Shown piece after piece: positions 11,371 to 25,222 of a stretch of DNA of 64,000 nucleotides. How positions within the stretch are numbered: the first letter of the stretch is position 1; every line of letters starts with the position of its first letter. A program made the translations under genes and the position numbers. This DNA comes from Glycera tridactyla (Eukaryota), in contig OZ286474.1 in assembly GCA_965644265.1 (NCBI GenBank), positions 59,148,001 to 59,212,000 of the forward strand, given 5' to 3'. The notes under the pieces are model-generated. The model was given only the letters and a program-made list of their open reading frames with translations, did not search any database and was not told the DNA's origin.

Positions 11371-14300
11371 AAGAAGGAGCCAATGGCAAACACAAATACC
11401 ATTTCAACTGTCTATCTGTCTGTCTGCCTACCTACCTACCTGTCTCCCTTCCCCTTGCCCTTCTCTCACCGCCCTACCTCCCCCCTCTTGCAAGCAGCAG
11501 AGTAAAGAGAGAAGAAATTCAAAGATTCATGATTCAATCCGCACTAGTAGTGGCTCGCAGCTGGATGATTGGCAATGGCAGAATGTACAGAGGACATCAC
11601 AGGGGGTTAAATGTCTGTGCCTATGTTTCTTTTGCGGTTGGCATCTGGGAAGAAAGCCAATCCACTTGAAAACAATGTACAATAAAGTGACCCCTAGTGA
11701 CATTCGCATCTTCCGAGCTGTTACCTCCCACTCAATAGGATGCTGCACGGCTGAACAATCACCATGACGATTAGCTGGCTTTCATGAGCTGAATGTTGCC
11801 AACAGGTGTCACTTACTTGCGGCCGTTTGTCTGCTAGATGGTGAGACGTCACACTTGATGTCCAGCATCTTGGTCATCCTTTCTAAAGGAACGCAGCAGG
11901 GATGCGGAATAAGGATGCAGAGGAGGGGATGAAAGATACTTGAATTATAAACGTGGTATATGGCATGGGAAGAATCAAAGAAGGAGGCGAAGGTTCTCAT
12001 CACTCTGACAAGGGTGAACTAGTGGTACTAGTTCGATGAATATCATTCATCATTTATCTCTTATCAGACCCGTGCAAAAAGCCTATAATCTCAAAACGTA
12101 CAGAAAATACCCTCCAAAACATTCGGAACCCCCTCGCCAAAAATGATGATGATAAGATATATTAATTATAATGATGACATCCTCGACGACGATTATGATG
12201 ATGATGATGAGGAGGAGGAGGTGACTGACTACCACTTTCGACCTCAGATATGCTGAATTATGAAATGGAAACTGTCGTTGACTGATTAAGATATAAATTC
12301 CTAATTATAAATGTCAGTAAAACAAAATGTACCTTTGGGACGACTTTTCAGTTGAGGAAAGTGAATAAAAATTCAATTCACATGACGTGATATCATTATT
12401 GAGCAATATTTTGGTGTATCTATTCGGTACCAAATGGTAATGATAATCAATCCACATTTCTCATTCTGTGGTTATGTTAATGGTAGAGTGAACACTATCT
12501 TGAATGCTCCCACCCGACCATGTAAATTGTCTGGGTATCTCGATATAGCCCAGAGGGTCTAGGGGAACGTAGGCATTTCACTCATATTTCTGAGTTTGGA
12601 CGCTTTTCACAAGGCAACTTGGAGCATCATTTTCCCTTAAATCGGCAAGAGGATGGAACTCACTCCTCGTGTGAGCTCATTTCGAAACATTTTGTGAAGA
12701 AATACCCCTTTTTCTCAGACTTTAGGGAGCAGATGCGCCTAATTATGGAAATCATGGATGGATCCCTGTTGAAGATGACCCAAAGAAGTTGTCAGTACTA
12801 CTAACCCTCGAATACATTTCCAAGCACTCTACCATATTGAATGGCAATATTCAGTCAGCAGATGCCATGAAACATGAGTAATCATCAGGTTTTACCGGCG
12901 ATGATGCGCTTTTCAGTGATAACAAGTTTGGGCAGTTTTGAGTCTCCCTGCTTCCGAATCACGAATTGACACGAACCTTCTGTCAAATTTTTAATATTCC
13001 TACATATTATGTAACGTAAATGCAATTACCCTATACTTAAGCTCTGTCAGAAGAGACCATTTTGATGCGTAGATGCTTGTGCTTCCTCCGTGAAAAGAGC
13101 ATTCAGAGATGGTTTGACTCTGGAGATTACATGCAAGATGCATTAGCTGACACATGCAGGGGCGACTCGCTGGCGAGAGGATGTAATATTTGAAGCTGAA
13201 CCCAGCCGAGATGCGAGTCAATATTGTCTCACCTCCTCCACATAAAGGTAATTAGCGGATCCCTACTTGTAAGCCGGGCAATACTGTTCAAGGTCAGGTT
13301 CAACATCATAAATATTGATGTGATGCTGAATGGGGATGCTCCAGTGTCCTCCAGGACATAGGTGTCCTTTGCCTGTATAAATTTAGTTATAGATGAGAAT
13401 GCTTGTAACACTGGGAAATACGAGAGGCCATTTAACCCAGAAAGCCTTCAACATGCATCTCCCTTTTTCTGAAAAAGGCAATAATATCTCAATCATATTT
13501 ACTCGAAAATATCGTCTATGTCTTATCCCACATTTTTTAAGGAAGACGAAGTGAATCTTACATTCTAGAACCACCTGGAAGCAACGTTAGGGTCATTATC
13601 CAGAAATATCGAGATAATAACATGCTTGCTATCAGTGACAAATAATGCCATAATCAGCATACGCAGTGATGCAATTCGTTTGGCAGTCTGTTCACTATAA
13701 ATAATATATTACCCAAGAGAATCAATATATATATAAATCTGTTAGAAAGTGGCATTTTTCACCCATGATAACATGAGCGACACTTGCAAATCCTCTCCTC
13801 AGATTTGGAGAGATAGGAGAAATACCCTTAGCAGTTCATCTATGAATTCTCTTCAGAATCAGACAAATATTTGTGAGATTTCTTTCTCTGATTGGTTACA
13901 ATAGTATGGTCGATGATAATGTCATGAAACTACCCACATCTTCAGTTTGGTTGTCAACAAGTGTACTACTCATCATCGATATCTGCTTTTGTTGGATGTG
14001 CCATCACATGCATAAGTAGAAAGCATTGCCGAACGTCAGCTCTTGTTCCCACTGTCCTCATAAATTTTGATGTAGTTTATTATATATGGATTGATGACAG
14101 AAACTGCAAAATAAAATCGAAGTCAGTATCCATTATACAATGTGATATCTCCTGGTGATTGATAATTCATATCATTTGACATGTCACATCTAGGCATGCC
14201 GAATGGATTCATTACATTATGATGTTCCCTTGGACCACCCAGAGAGCTAGTTGAATGCAGTCGCTCTTGTCCTCCACTTTGACAGGACTCATCATCCACT

Positions 14301-15499
14301 TTTTTGGACATTTGCGCAGATCTGTGTGATATGTACATCTCATATTGTATGCACCTTTTGGCACGAATCCTCTCACTGCCATAGCAACAGGTTTGAAGAG
14401 ATGGCAGCCAACACAATTCCAGGTTGGAGATATATAGACATGAGACATTCAAAATGAGGGATGGAGTCATAAACTTCATTTGAAACTATGGGATACATAT
14501 TGTTTATCCAACCTGGTTGAATGATGTGCTGTTAACCCGTGTTGTGGATTGTAGACCTTTCGGGGAGTTGAACTAGGTTTGAATCGGAACAGGCCTGCTA
14601 AGGAATGTAATTGTAAATTCAATAAGGATACTGGACTGAACATGACCACATTTACAATTTCATTACTGACCAAAACATTGCCATCATCGCCCTTTTTGCA
14701 TTATGCTGTTCGCAATGCCATTTTTACTAATGATACAATCCTAAGCGAATAATTCAGGTTCAAGAAATGTGATCACCATAATTCATTAGATCGAGCTGCC
14801 TCATGTGATACATTAGTTTCATTTAATGAATATGTACTGTATGGCGGTATGGAATGAATGGCTATTAAGGGAGACGATTACCGCATTAGTTCTAAGATAT
14901 GAGCTGTATGGTACTTTGCTGATGGGCGAGTTGGCCAGCAAATACCAGTGACAAACCATTCGCGACCCCTATAGGTTGCACCATTGATATATCGAAACGA
15001 GGGGGAATTAGTATGGATATCCCATGGATATGTATCTCATGGGTTTGACTGTTATTGTGGTATAAACTATACGATCTACCCTGACCTCATAGCGTCAGAT
15101 GTAGGATTGTATAATAGAAATGATGAGCAATGGAAACAGCAGCTGCTACACACATGTTGGAATATAGATCCACACCTTCGTCATCAGTCAATACCCTGGT
15201 CACTGACATATGATGCATCGATTTCCTCTTGGTCTCATGGTCCAATCTATAGACATTCTCATACGTACAATTCATGTCATTCGACATAAAATGATGATAG
15301 GAAAGGATAACCTGACCAGTATGGGATATAGGTACAATAAAACCTGCTATAATGTAATCCTGTCCACTGTGAAATCCTGTCTACAGTGAAAAGAAAAATC
15401 TGGCCCGTGACTTCCTACTATAGACAGGTTTTACTGTATAATGATGGATAGACAGTCAGGCGGAAAGACGAAGAGACATACAGAAAGCTATACCGAGCC

Positions 15500-16270
15500 A
15501 CACAAATAGTCATACTGTACAGGACGATGAAAAGGTGGAGGGAAAATGGATAGATAGACAGGTAAATGGCTGGATAGAGGCATAAATGATTGGATGGTAA
15601 GATGGNNNNNNNNNNNNNNNNNNNNNNNNNNNNNNNNNNNNNNNNNNNNNNNNNNNNNNNNNNNNNNNNNNNNNNNNNNNNNNNNNNNNNNNNNNNNNNN
15701 NNNNNNNNNNNNNNNNNNNNNNNNNNNNNNNNNNNNNNNNNNNNNNNNNNNNNNAGTGGGTAGATCGATACATAAATGGACGGATGGATGGGTGGACGCG
15801 TGAATAGATACATCGATAGACAGATGAATGGATGGATGTGTGGAAGGGCGAATGAGTGGGTGGATGAATGCAGGGATGGGTGAATGGGTGGATGGATGGA
15901 TGGATGGATGGGTTAAGGGATGGATGGGTGCATGCATGCATGCATGGATGGAGGGGGAGCGGATGGGATGGTGGATAGGTAGAAGCGATGGACAGACAGA
16001 CGGACAGATAAACAGAAAAAATGAATGGACTGATAGATTGGGTGAATGATGGGTGAATGGATGAATGAAATTAATGGATGGATGAGTGGATGGATGCTTG
16101 ATCAAGTGATGCATAGCTGGACATGATGGATGGAACGACAGTCAGGCAGAGAGGCATTTAGAGAGACATTTAGCTAGTCAGAGAAATATAAAGATAAGTA
16201 GATGATCAGTGTGTAGATGGATGCGAGGATAGAGGGATGGGTGGAAGAATGAATTGATCAATTAATGGAA
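15500..16270. repeat. (TGGA/GATA)n microsatellite field with N-gap at 15606-15754
   Basis: Direct inspection. Confidence 0.9.
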
Positions 16271-16970
16271 GGGCTTCATAAGGCTTCATAATCGTTATTA
16301 ATGGATATGAGCTAAGACAACTCATTTCCACACCATCCAGGTATACAGAAAACATATAATGCAACCCAAAATACAGAGTACTCACATATATTTAACTACG
16401 TATAAATTACAAGACAGTACATATTCAAAAGCGACATATTACAAAGGGTGGCTAGTGAGTGCTGTCTTGGCTTACTAGAGTGCATGCTGGAGTCAGTATC
16501 ATATCAAGGCATATGGAGCACTTCATGGCCTCGACACGCTGGTGCTGCCACCCCGTGTTAATCAGCGACACTGAAGCTTCCGCAGTCGCGGTCATCTCAT
16601 TGCCTGGGAGGCACCCCAACATCGAGCACTCGCAGTACTACGTAGGAGCTCCACGCTCATCCATGTTGATTCTCATTACGCCGTGTATCTGCCAAGTGAT
16701 GCCCCTGAGTCGGCACCCTGAGTAGGCACCCTGAGTATCTTTCCGCTGGGGCACAGAGGGAGGATTCTTTAATGGCACCCCGTGGCCTATTGCACTGGCG
16801 TTTTGATATAGCCAAGATGGCGACGTTGAAGAAACAACCAACCAATCCCCGAAGAGAGGGTTGCTGCTGGTTATCTTGTTAGCATCATCCAAATCACTTT
16901 TCTATCATTTGCCAGTAACTTAGCAAGCTATAAGATTGGAGTCGCCTGGCAACAGATACTGCTTGATATA

Positions 16971-17070
16971 CAGTCGAATCTGCTCAAGAGACCACCTCTC
17001 TATGAAGGCCACTGCCAATAAATGCCACTCTGATGCGACCGAAGGTGGCCTTCATGGACATGTTCGACTG
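16971..17070. mobile_element. MITE family C (Tc1/pogo-like: CAGT TIRs, TA target), short copy
   Basis: TA|CAGTCGAATCTG ... ATGTTCGACTG|CA with internal GACCACCTCTCTAT units. Confidence 0.7.
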
Positions 17071-20000
17071 CATATTTGTACCGATTCCTTGTCTGAGAGA
17101 TGTTGGCGAATGACATTGTTAATGAAATATATTCAGTTCGCAATTATCCACCAGATTCCGCTATCAGGCTGAAGTGTTGACAAGCGCCATCTTGTGATTG
17201 TATCGCATCTGATGATAGTGCTATCCAGGTCATGTTGACCGGCTGGCCTAATCTTGATTTCACGAACCAAATATGATTTACAAATATCCGTATAGAACAA
17301 CTCAGTGGTACGCCTTGGAATCATATATGAACATAGGTTCATATGAAGTCGTATCACATGCAGTCATGTCACCTGCTGAAGAGATACTGGGAATTTCAAT
17401 TTAGGAGAGATTCGGCACTGACATGGCGAGTCACACGTGTTGCCTTTCATCCAGTGTTGACGGATGTTTTATTAATGAATGCGTGTCTGTTTGACTTTCA
17501 TGAATATTAACTCGAACAAAGACGTTATCCCCGCAGCTAGCTGCATCTGAGCATCCGCCCAAGAATGTGAGCATGTCTTCATTTCCTCACGCATTTGGGC
17601 GTCAGATTGATGGATGGAGAGAAATAAGGAAAGGTAGATAGAAGGATAGACGGATATGGTTGGATTGGAATGGATGGATGAATATATAGATAGATGGGTT
17701 GACAGCTTGANNNNNNNNNNNNNNNNNNNNNNNNNNNNNNNNNNNNNNNNNNNNNNNNNNNNNNNNNNNNNNNNNNNNNNNNNNNNNNNNNNNNNNNNNN
17801 NNNNNNNNNNNNNNNNNNNNNNNNNNNNNNNNNNNNNNNNNNNNNNNNNNNNNNNNNNNNNNNNNNNNNNNNNNNNNNNNNNNNNNNNNNNNNNNNNNNN
17901 NNNNNNNNNNNNNNNNNNNNNNNNNNNNNNNNNNNNNNNNNGCAGATGGACGGACCGATGGACGGTGATAGATAGGACTTCCGAGGAGAGAAATCATGTA
18001 TGGCCTCATCTCATCCCCTCTTGATTATCCTATCAACATATCGCATGCAGCGTTGAAACAATGCATAAATGCACAAAAGGCTTGCATGTACATCGTTCAT
18101 CATGTTTTGTGCGTGGGTGTGTATTTTGTTTGTTTGTTTGTTTGTTTGTTTGTGTGTGTGTGTGTGTGTGTATCTGTACAGAAGGAAACAGGCTGTAAGC
18201 ATGTTTTTGTAGGGAGAGCAAAGGAATAGACGAAATCATCAACAGTCATAATGAGGGACTTCGGAATAGTCGTACATTGCCGGGAAGTCTCACATGATAC
18301 AGGTATGAACGATAGAAGTACTGTACATTATGAAAGAATCTAACATGAAACAGGCAAGAAAACCAACTAAAGATCTGAACAAATACAGACAGAGTTGATG
18401 GGCCTGGTCAATTACAGGGTCCTTACTTTCCCTGATGATACCCACATATCTAACTTGAAACAAGCGAAATATGTTCCCACGGAGGGACAGGTGGACAGAT
18501 GGAGGGACAGACAGAGAGATGGACAGACGAAACCTACAGACACTTGCGTCATCACATAGACTCGCCATGGACAGTGCATAGCATGGCTCCTAGAAAGAGG
18601 AGAATATTGGATCTGGATGATGGACATCGATAGATAATGAGGTGTATAGGGAGGATGGCATTTTTTCTGAGAAAAAAATTAAGAGAAAATAGAAACATTC
18701 ATGACATCATCTATACTTGATCAGAGTTGGAAAAGAAACTACTTTACTGGTAAATTGTATAGATGAGTATACGCTGAACGGATTATAGACACTAATAAAT
18801 GAATGAATGACTATCTTTATCGACGTTTAGCAAGTGGTTTGATAAAAATGATATCCGAAAGCACCATTTTGATTATTGAGAGTGGTACCGATGACCGTGA
18901 AAAGAGATCTGGTGAAGGTAATCCCAATTCTGGGCAAGGTTTGTCATGTTTTTTTTCTGTTCTTTTTTTGGACCTAGATGTAGCCGGCTGCCGGATGTCA
19001 AAGATTCGACCTGAATGACCTTGAGACGATCCATCAGGTGGTGACATTCATCGATTAAACTCCTCATTAACATTCCTGCCTGACCTCCGACAATTATTTG
19101 CTTGCACCAATATTGACTCCTGTGAAATGGGCGCTGTCGACTCTTGACATAAGCGTTTTTTTAATCACCGAAAATGCTTCGCGACAGCCTGGACAGTAGG
19201 AGAAGAGCTTGCTCATTTTTCCATTACAAAGGGCCGAATATCTGATTTGAACAGATTTCTGTCAATATTCCAATTCCAAATGTTGGCATTGATAGACTAT
19301 TAGGCAAATATATTGTACCATTAACCTACAGAAGTAGCACCTTAGATGGGTCTTGGGTATGAGGGGCGAGGTCCTACCTAGCATGTGATCAACATAATTC
19401 TTTTGGCGGATCAAAGTCCCTGTTTTCTTCATATACAACATACTCGATACACCTTGCATATGCTAATCGTGTGTTTCCCGGCATTGCTAGATGACACATC
19501 ATTTGCGACCAGCACCAAGATTCCAGAACTACCAGCTTAAGATTCACAGAAAGTGATATATCTGTATCAATAACACCACTGCAAGAATCTAATTAGGAGT
19601 TTGATTCTTGAACATGATTATATTGCGCTCCGATGTGTTCAGCTTGCTAATATGTTTTGATTCCACATGTTCAGCACCCTAGTGATTAATATCGAACATG
19701 CTTGGGACCTTGTTCAGCAGGATAGTATATCGATATTAGACATGCTCAGAAACATGACTACAGTAGCTTATTGCCTTGGTCGGGCAAAGAGTCCAGCTAG
19801 GGTACGTAGTGATCACCCCATTCATTGCTATTCCATTGAAGTGCCTTCTTATCTATTCTATGGTGGCTGGAATGATAGTGAAATACAGTCGAAGGCCACC
19901 TTCGATCGCATCAAAAAGTGACCTTTGTTGGCAGATGGTCTTGATAGAGAGGTAATTTACTGTTAGAGATACTATCAGGTTCGCAACTCATGGTGACCTT

Positions 20001-20514
20001 CATAAGCAGGTGGTCTTTATAGAGAGGTGGTCTCTCGGGCAGGGTATGAATAGTATCTTGAATGCTATGAGAGGCTCTTTATGGAATTTGCCGTTGTGGC
20101 AGGTCTTGCAAGTAATCCGTAGAGGGGCCATTCATTTATGAATTATCTCCCAGTGCTGGATTGAGTCAAGTACCTCATGAATATGTCATGACGGATTGTG
20201 AACCTCGTTTCTTTCTTCAATAAGATTTTTTTGAGCGCCTTATCGTGGACATCCATCATTGTGACAGATGTGGATATCAATGGTCGAGTGGTCAGTACTT
20301 GGCAAACCACGTTGGTCGGCTAGCCGCTGGTCATATTGACATTCATAATGGATGATTTTATAATCATCCCCACGTCAGTTGAAATGACAGCACTTCACCA
20401 CACAGTTATGTCCAAACTGTTTTGCTTTTGTTCACCCTTTCAGTATCATATCTGCTTTTCATTGCTACAAGGAAGAGAATATGGGTTGATGGACAGACGG
20501 ATTAACGCAGTGAG

Positions 20515-21000
20515 TGAGTGAGTGAGTGAGTGAGTGAGTGAGTGAGTGAGTGAGTGAGTGAGTGAGTGAGTGAGTGAGTGACTAACGCAGACAGACAGAT
20601 CGACAGACAGTCAGACACAGATAATCTGACGACAGACAGACAAACAGACCGAACGGCAGACAGACAGACAGTTGGACAGACAGATAGATGAATGGGTAGA
20701 CGGTTGGATAGACCTTCGGATAGACGGGTGGACAGATGGATAGATAGACGGATGAATAGATGGATAGATGGTAGAATGAATTAATTAAAGGATAGATAGA
20801 TGTATAGAGGGGTGGATGGATGGATGAATGGATGAATGGATGGACTGATGGATATATCGATGAATGGATGATTAGATAGATGGGAGAATAGATGGTTAGA
20901 TAGATGGATAGATGAGGGAATAGATAGAAGGATGTGTGGATTTGCTGGATGCAGGAATGAATAGATGGGTGGATAGATGGATGGATGGATAGAGGAATAA
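20515..21000. repeat. (GAGT)n followed by (GACA/GATG)n microsatellites
   Basis: Direct inspection. Confidence 0.9.
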
Positions 21001-22340
21001 ATCCATGGATGAACGGATTGGGGAATCGAATAGCCGAGGGGCGAAACAATGGAAATACCATATGGGACATGGAAAACATCTGAAATACACGCGAATGTGC
21101 GGTAGGTATGGAGGTGAAACAATATTGACAATGATGTATGACACCGCAATCACAGCTGCACTTCACTTACAAATCATGTTTTCAGAGGAGTGAAATTGTA
21201 TATGCCCCTCAGCCCTGACACCTCCAACCAATCGCGAGGTGTGTTCTTTGACCTCAAAAGAGCCTTTGACAGCATATACGGTTTCAAACCACAATATGAC
21301 AGCACCGGGTTCCGCATAATGATTTACCAGTGACAAAGAGGGACAGGCGCTGATATATTCAGAACAACGTGTTTCAACGCCTAGACAAATAGGATGTCTT
21401 GTCTTGTGTGTTGTTTTATTCAATTTGCCTTATTGTACACGGAATCATTCGCATTTATTATTACTCCGCTAGTACTAAGGTGGCGCTTTTTTCATGTGAT
21501 GTTTACCCAGCGAGCATGGCCCTGCACTCGATATTGAAGACAAATAGTGAAAACACACACTTGTGTATGAGCCCTCAGCAGACCTACAGCGAACCTCTCT
21601 TCACCTCAACCAATCGTCTTTCTAAACAAAACATTTGAATTCTGTTCCGAAACAAAGTGATATTTCCATATTTCCAAATAGGACCATGGGTATTACATGT
21701 TATTTCACATGTAAGCCAGTGGAGTACAAGATTTGACATGAGTATACTCACACTTGTCTAATCATCTGTCCACTGGATTTTTTCTCCTGATGAGGTCTAT
21801 CAACAATGCGGCACTTGATGGATTGATTAAAGTTCAATAATATGTACTAAGCAGAAGGATTTTTTGTATGCGAGGCAGGTCTCTACCTCAACTGTACCAG
21901 TAATAGCATATCCTTATGGGTTGCACCTTCTGTTTGGTGTAGGTGTGTTGATGTATAGGTGATGCACTTAACGCAATAGTTTCAGTATCACACAGCATGC
22001 AGGCCATTTTTTGAACAAACCACTAACACAATGTACATTCAAGTGTGGCAATTTATTTTGAAATGTGCCTCTAGGCACACCAGGCACAAATGCCGTCCAC
22101 CAACCGTACCTAGGGCACATTCAAAAATTACTAGACCGAAGTCGGATGAAGGTCACTTCAGCCCCTTGTGAAAGCGACCAGCAGAGGTCTATAGACCTAC
22201 TAATTAGCCTAATCGAATTTGGAGAAATTCTTGATCCTTCTAATTAAAAATTCACCCATTGCAAATGGGTACAAGATTAGGCTAATGCACTTAACTACCT
22301 TAATGAATATCCGAGGATGCTAATATAATTTTCATAACAA

Positions 22341-22346
22341 TTTATT
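22341..22346 (-). terminator. Candidate poly(A) signal AATAAA of the YR retrotransposon transcript
   Basis: About 220 nt after the YR stop codon, 4 nt beyond the terminal motif at 22351-22360, followed by U-rich sequence. Confidence 0.5.
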
Positions 22347-22562
22347 CAGTAGTGGGATACACAAAAACATTCATACACAATTCGCGTTACAAAAATTCGT
22401 GTAGTCAGGTCGTGCCTTTGGCTTGCATAATAGTGACCTTCGTTGACGCTTGAAAAGAGGCACCGTCATGGTCAGCACTTCGTCACTTGAAAAGAGCACT
22501 TGTATTTGGGATCATGAAAAGAAGCAGCTGCCAGCTGACCCCCTTGCGAAGCCAGCTGGGCC

Positions 22563-23540
22563 TTACAGACGGACTGCCTGAGGCCTTACATAAGACCTAA
22601 AGGCTGACGAATTCCATCGACCCTTTTGACGAATTTGCTCATCAGAAAACCCTTCACAAACCCAATCACTGCACCTACCTATTCGAAAAGAGTGACTTGA
22701 CAAATGGTGCCTCCTTCCAAGCGTCAGATCGCCTATCTTCTTCAACCAATCGTTCACAAACCGGGGAGATACCGGCTGACCTTCTCTGAGAAACAGTGGG
22801 CCTGGAATCAAAGATCTTACTTTCAAATACCTCTCCATATTTAATACAGGACATGCGAAATCATGAGGAATACTGTTTAGGATGAATTGTCTAGACCCTT
22901 TGGAAAACTTGTAAGACCTTATGGTAAGCTTGAAAGCCTTGGTAACTCCGTAAGTCGTAGCTCGTTGTAAGTCATCCAACTGGATGCAGTGATCATTAGC
23001 ATTTGATTTAGTATATTCCAAAACCCTCAAGCAAGCGGCGTAGGCCCATGAAAACATAGTACATAGCAATATACCGTCATACGAGTACCCTAAAAGATTG
23101 AAGGTGCATTCCAGCATTTTTAACAGAACCGATTTGGAAACTGGAGAGCGAAAATCGCATGATTTCCTGTTCTTCACAATGCCCCCTATCATTCTAGTAA
23201 CCAAGTAATGTTTGCATGAATCTCCCAAATCTCTAACTTTCAAACCATGAGATAAAGCAGAAAGTTTGGATTTTATGGTCGTGGCTTTTAACCCTGTGGA
23301 ATACAGGTATGCTACGTATAGGCATACCGAGGCATGTGAAAAATCGATGCCTTCCGACTTTACAAAAGCAGAAAAGTCATCCCAAACCTTGGAATAGGAC
23401 TTAGCAGTAGACTTCGCAAAAGACTCGTCTACCAACTCTTTCACCAGATTGCCGAGGTCCTGGGATCGTAGGCTTCCGGAATAGCCACCGGGTGTATCGC
23501 TAACCCCGCTTGTCTGCATTGCTCCTGTGAAAATTGGCAT
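22563..23540 (-). CDS. Tyrosine recombinase (phage-integrase family) of the retrotransposon
   Basis: 325 aa with LRVLE (catalytic R), SHSFRIG (H-x-x-R) and GRWNSSAFRSY (W/Y nucleophile region). N-terminal SAM-like region (STAKSY..W..F). Overlaps the end of the RNase H ORF. Confidence 0.93.
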   Translation of the reverse strand: MPIFTGAMQTSGVSDTPGGYSGSLRSQDLGNLVKELVDESFAKSTAKSYSKVWDDFSAFVKSEGIDFSHASVCLYVAYLYSTGLKATTIKSKLSALSHGLKVRDLGDSCKHYLVTRMIGGIVKNRKSCDFRSPVSKSVLLKMLECTFNLLGYSYDGILLCTMFSWAYAACLRVLEYTKSNANDHCIQLDDLQRATTYGVTKAFKLTIRSYKFSKGSRQFILNSIPHDFACPVLNMERYLKVRSLIPGPLFLREGQPVSPRFVNDWLKKIGDLTLGRRHHLSSHSFRIGRCSDWVCEGFSDEQIRQKGRWNSSAFRSYVRPQAVRL

Positions 23541-25222
23541 CTTGAAATCTTATCTGGGATCAAATTGTCCTCTCCTGGGACATGTATGGCCTCAAATTCG
23601 ATATCATTGAGTAGGGAAAATAACATTACATGCCTCATGAGGCGCATGAGGTCCTCATTTCGTGCAGATCGTTTATTGATAACCTCGACGACCGCCATGT
23701 TATCGCAGAAAAACAGCACTTTTCTATGCCTCAGAGCTAGACGAAAAACAACCAGAGCTGTCAGAATAGGGAAAAATTCAAGGTATGCTATATTCTTCTG
23801 ACACCAATCCCCTTGATACTGTAGGTAATACCACAAATTGCGAAAAACCACACCTGCGCCGTTCTTACATGCGTCAGAATGAATGTGCTCCGGTGCCTGC
23901 CGGCGCAACGTGATATCTTTGAGAAAAGAGTAACCGTTATACTCTGAAAGGAAAGATTGCCACATAATCAGATCCTTTTCTAACTGAAGGGAAAAACAAA
24001 CTAAATGAGAGGTGTCAGTGAGGCCTAAGGTTGCGTCTATGAGGCCTCTGGTGAAGGATTTCCCTGCTGGTATAAGGGAGGTACACCAACTCAATTTACC
24101 TATAAGTGATCTGAGCACTCCGAACAAACATTGTTTAGCATGGAGGATGTCCGACACTTGCTTCAAATATTTCTCAAGCTTGTCAGCCGGCACTCTGGCG
24201 AAACCCTGCCGTACGTCTATCTCAATTCCCAGGAATGTAATTTTCTGTTTCGGATTTTCCGTTTTACGAGGACACAACGGTATTCCAGCTTTCAAGCAAA
24301 AATCCTGGAAAGCTGTTAAATCCTGTAGGCATTTATCGTAGCCATCTGCTACGAAGCAGAAGTCGTCTAGCATGTGTGAGGCGTGTGTAATGCCCAATTT
24401 GTTTTGACAGACCCACTGAAGCGCCGTAGCAAATCTCTCGAAGATCCTGCAGGAGGACCTCCCTCCCATTGCTAAGCATCTGTTTATGTAAAATTCATGT
24501 CCCAGCCTAAGTCCCATGAGGTGGAACTGATCAGGTTTGATGGGAATAATTCTAAAAGCGGATTTAATATCCGTCTTACTAAGATATGCCGTTTTGCCTA
24601 TCGATATCACAAAACCTATGACTGTTTGAACCGAAGCGTACTTCACAGAAGCAGCGGAATCTGGGATATGATAGTTCACAGACAATGAGTTGTACGGCGC
24701 GGAGAGGTTATGTATGAGGCGAAACTTTCCTACTTCGCGCTTCGGGACTATCGAAAGAGGGGATACTTGGATATTATTAAACGGCGGTTCTGCAAAAGGA
24801 CCTACAATCCTTCCTAGTTCTATTTCCTCCGCTATTAGAATCTTGGTTTCCTTAAAATGTTCCTGAACTGAAGGAGAATTCCTGCCCCTATAGGCAGGTG
24901 AAATTCCTTGAAAACCTATGCAAAAACCGTTACTGAAACCATCGATTAGGTAATCAACCTCACCTGCATCATAGCTGTACAACTCATGTCTGAGAAATTG
25001 GTGATTTACTGGTGTCGCCACCTCCTGAAGCCTTTTTCTTATTGCCGAGCTGAGGTGATCCTCCGCTATTTGACCTGCACATATACAAAGGGTGAGAACC
25101 AGCGCAAGTTGGACACGTGTGCTTAAAGGAACAGCTGGGGAACAGACATCTTTTACCCTGAGCATGGTAAAAATTGCAATATCCCTTTTTAATACGTGGT
25201 CCTGACTGCTTCCCTGTATCAT
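23441..25222 (-). CDS. Reverse transcriptase - RNase H (DIRS type)
   Basis: 593 aa with SPLSIVPK, KFRLIHNLS, KTDIKSAFR, CLAMG and MLDDF (RT), and SDAC, IAYLEFFP, FCDNMAVV and HVPGEDNLIPDKISR (RNase H). No methyltransferase domain follows. Confidence 0.95.
   Translation of the reverse strand: MIQGSSQDHVLKRDIAIFTMLRVKDVCSPAVPLSTRVQLALVLTLCICAGQIAEDHLSSAIRKRLQEVATPVNHQFLRHELYSYDAGEVDYLIDGFSNGFCIGFQGISPAYRGRNSPSVQEHFKETKILIAEEIELGRIVGPFAEPPFNNIQVSPLSIVPKREVGKFRLIHNLSAPYNSLSVNYHIPDSAASVKYASVQTVIGFVISIGKTAYLSKTDIKSAFRIIPIKPDQFHLMGLRLGHEFYINRCLAMGGRSSCRIFERFATALQWVCQNKLGITHASHMLDDFCFVADGYDKCLQDLTAFQDFCLKAGIPLCPRKTENPKQKITFLGIEIDVRQGFARVPADKLEKYLKQVSDILHAKQCLFGVLRSLIGKLSWCTSLIPAGKSFTRGLIDATLGLTDTSHLVCFSLQLEKDLIMWQSFLSEYNGYSFLKDITLRRQAPEHIHSDACKNGAGVVFRNLWYYLQYQGDWCQKNIAYLEFFPILTALVVFRLALRHRKVLFFCDNMAVVEVINKRSARNEDLMRLMRHVMLFSLLNDIEFEAIHVPGEDNLIPDKISRCQFSQEQCRQAGLAIHPVAIPEAYDPRTSAIW

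Noticed and set aside
18850-19480. Possible decayed non-LTR retrotransposon on the minus strand (LGLPS-like motif)
   Set aside because: Too degenerate to support without a search
21186-21333. VFFDLKRAFDSI, resembling the LINE RT FxDxxKAFD motif
   Set aside because: No other RT motifs in correct order nearby. It could instead be a terminal exon after the ttttcag acceptor, but this is unsupported.
22430-22500. Imperfect CTTCGT..CTTGAAAAGAG(G)CAC direct repeat as Ngaro B1/B2 repeats
   Set aside because: Too short, and no intervening A repeat matching the 5' end was found
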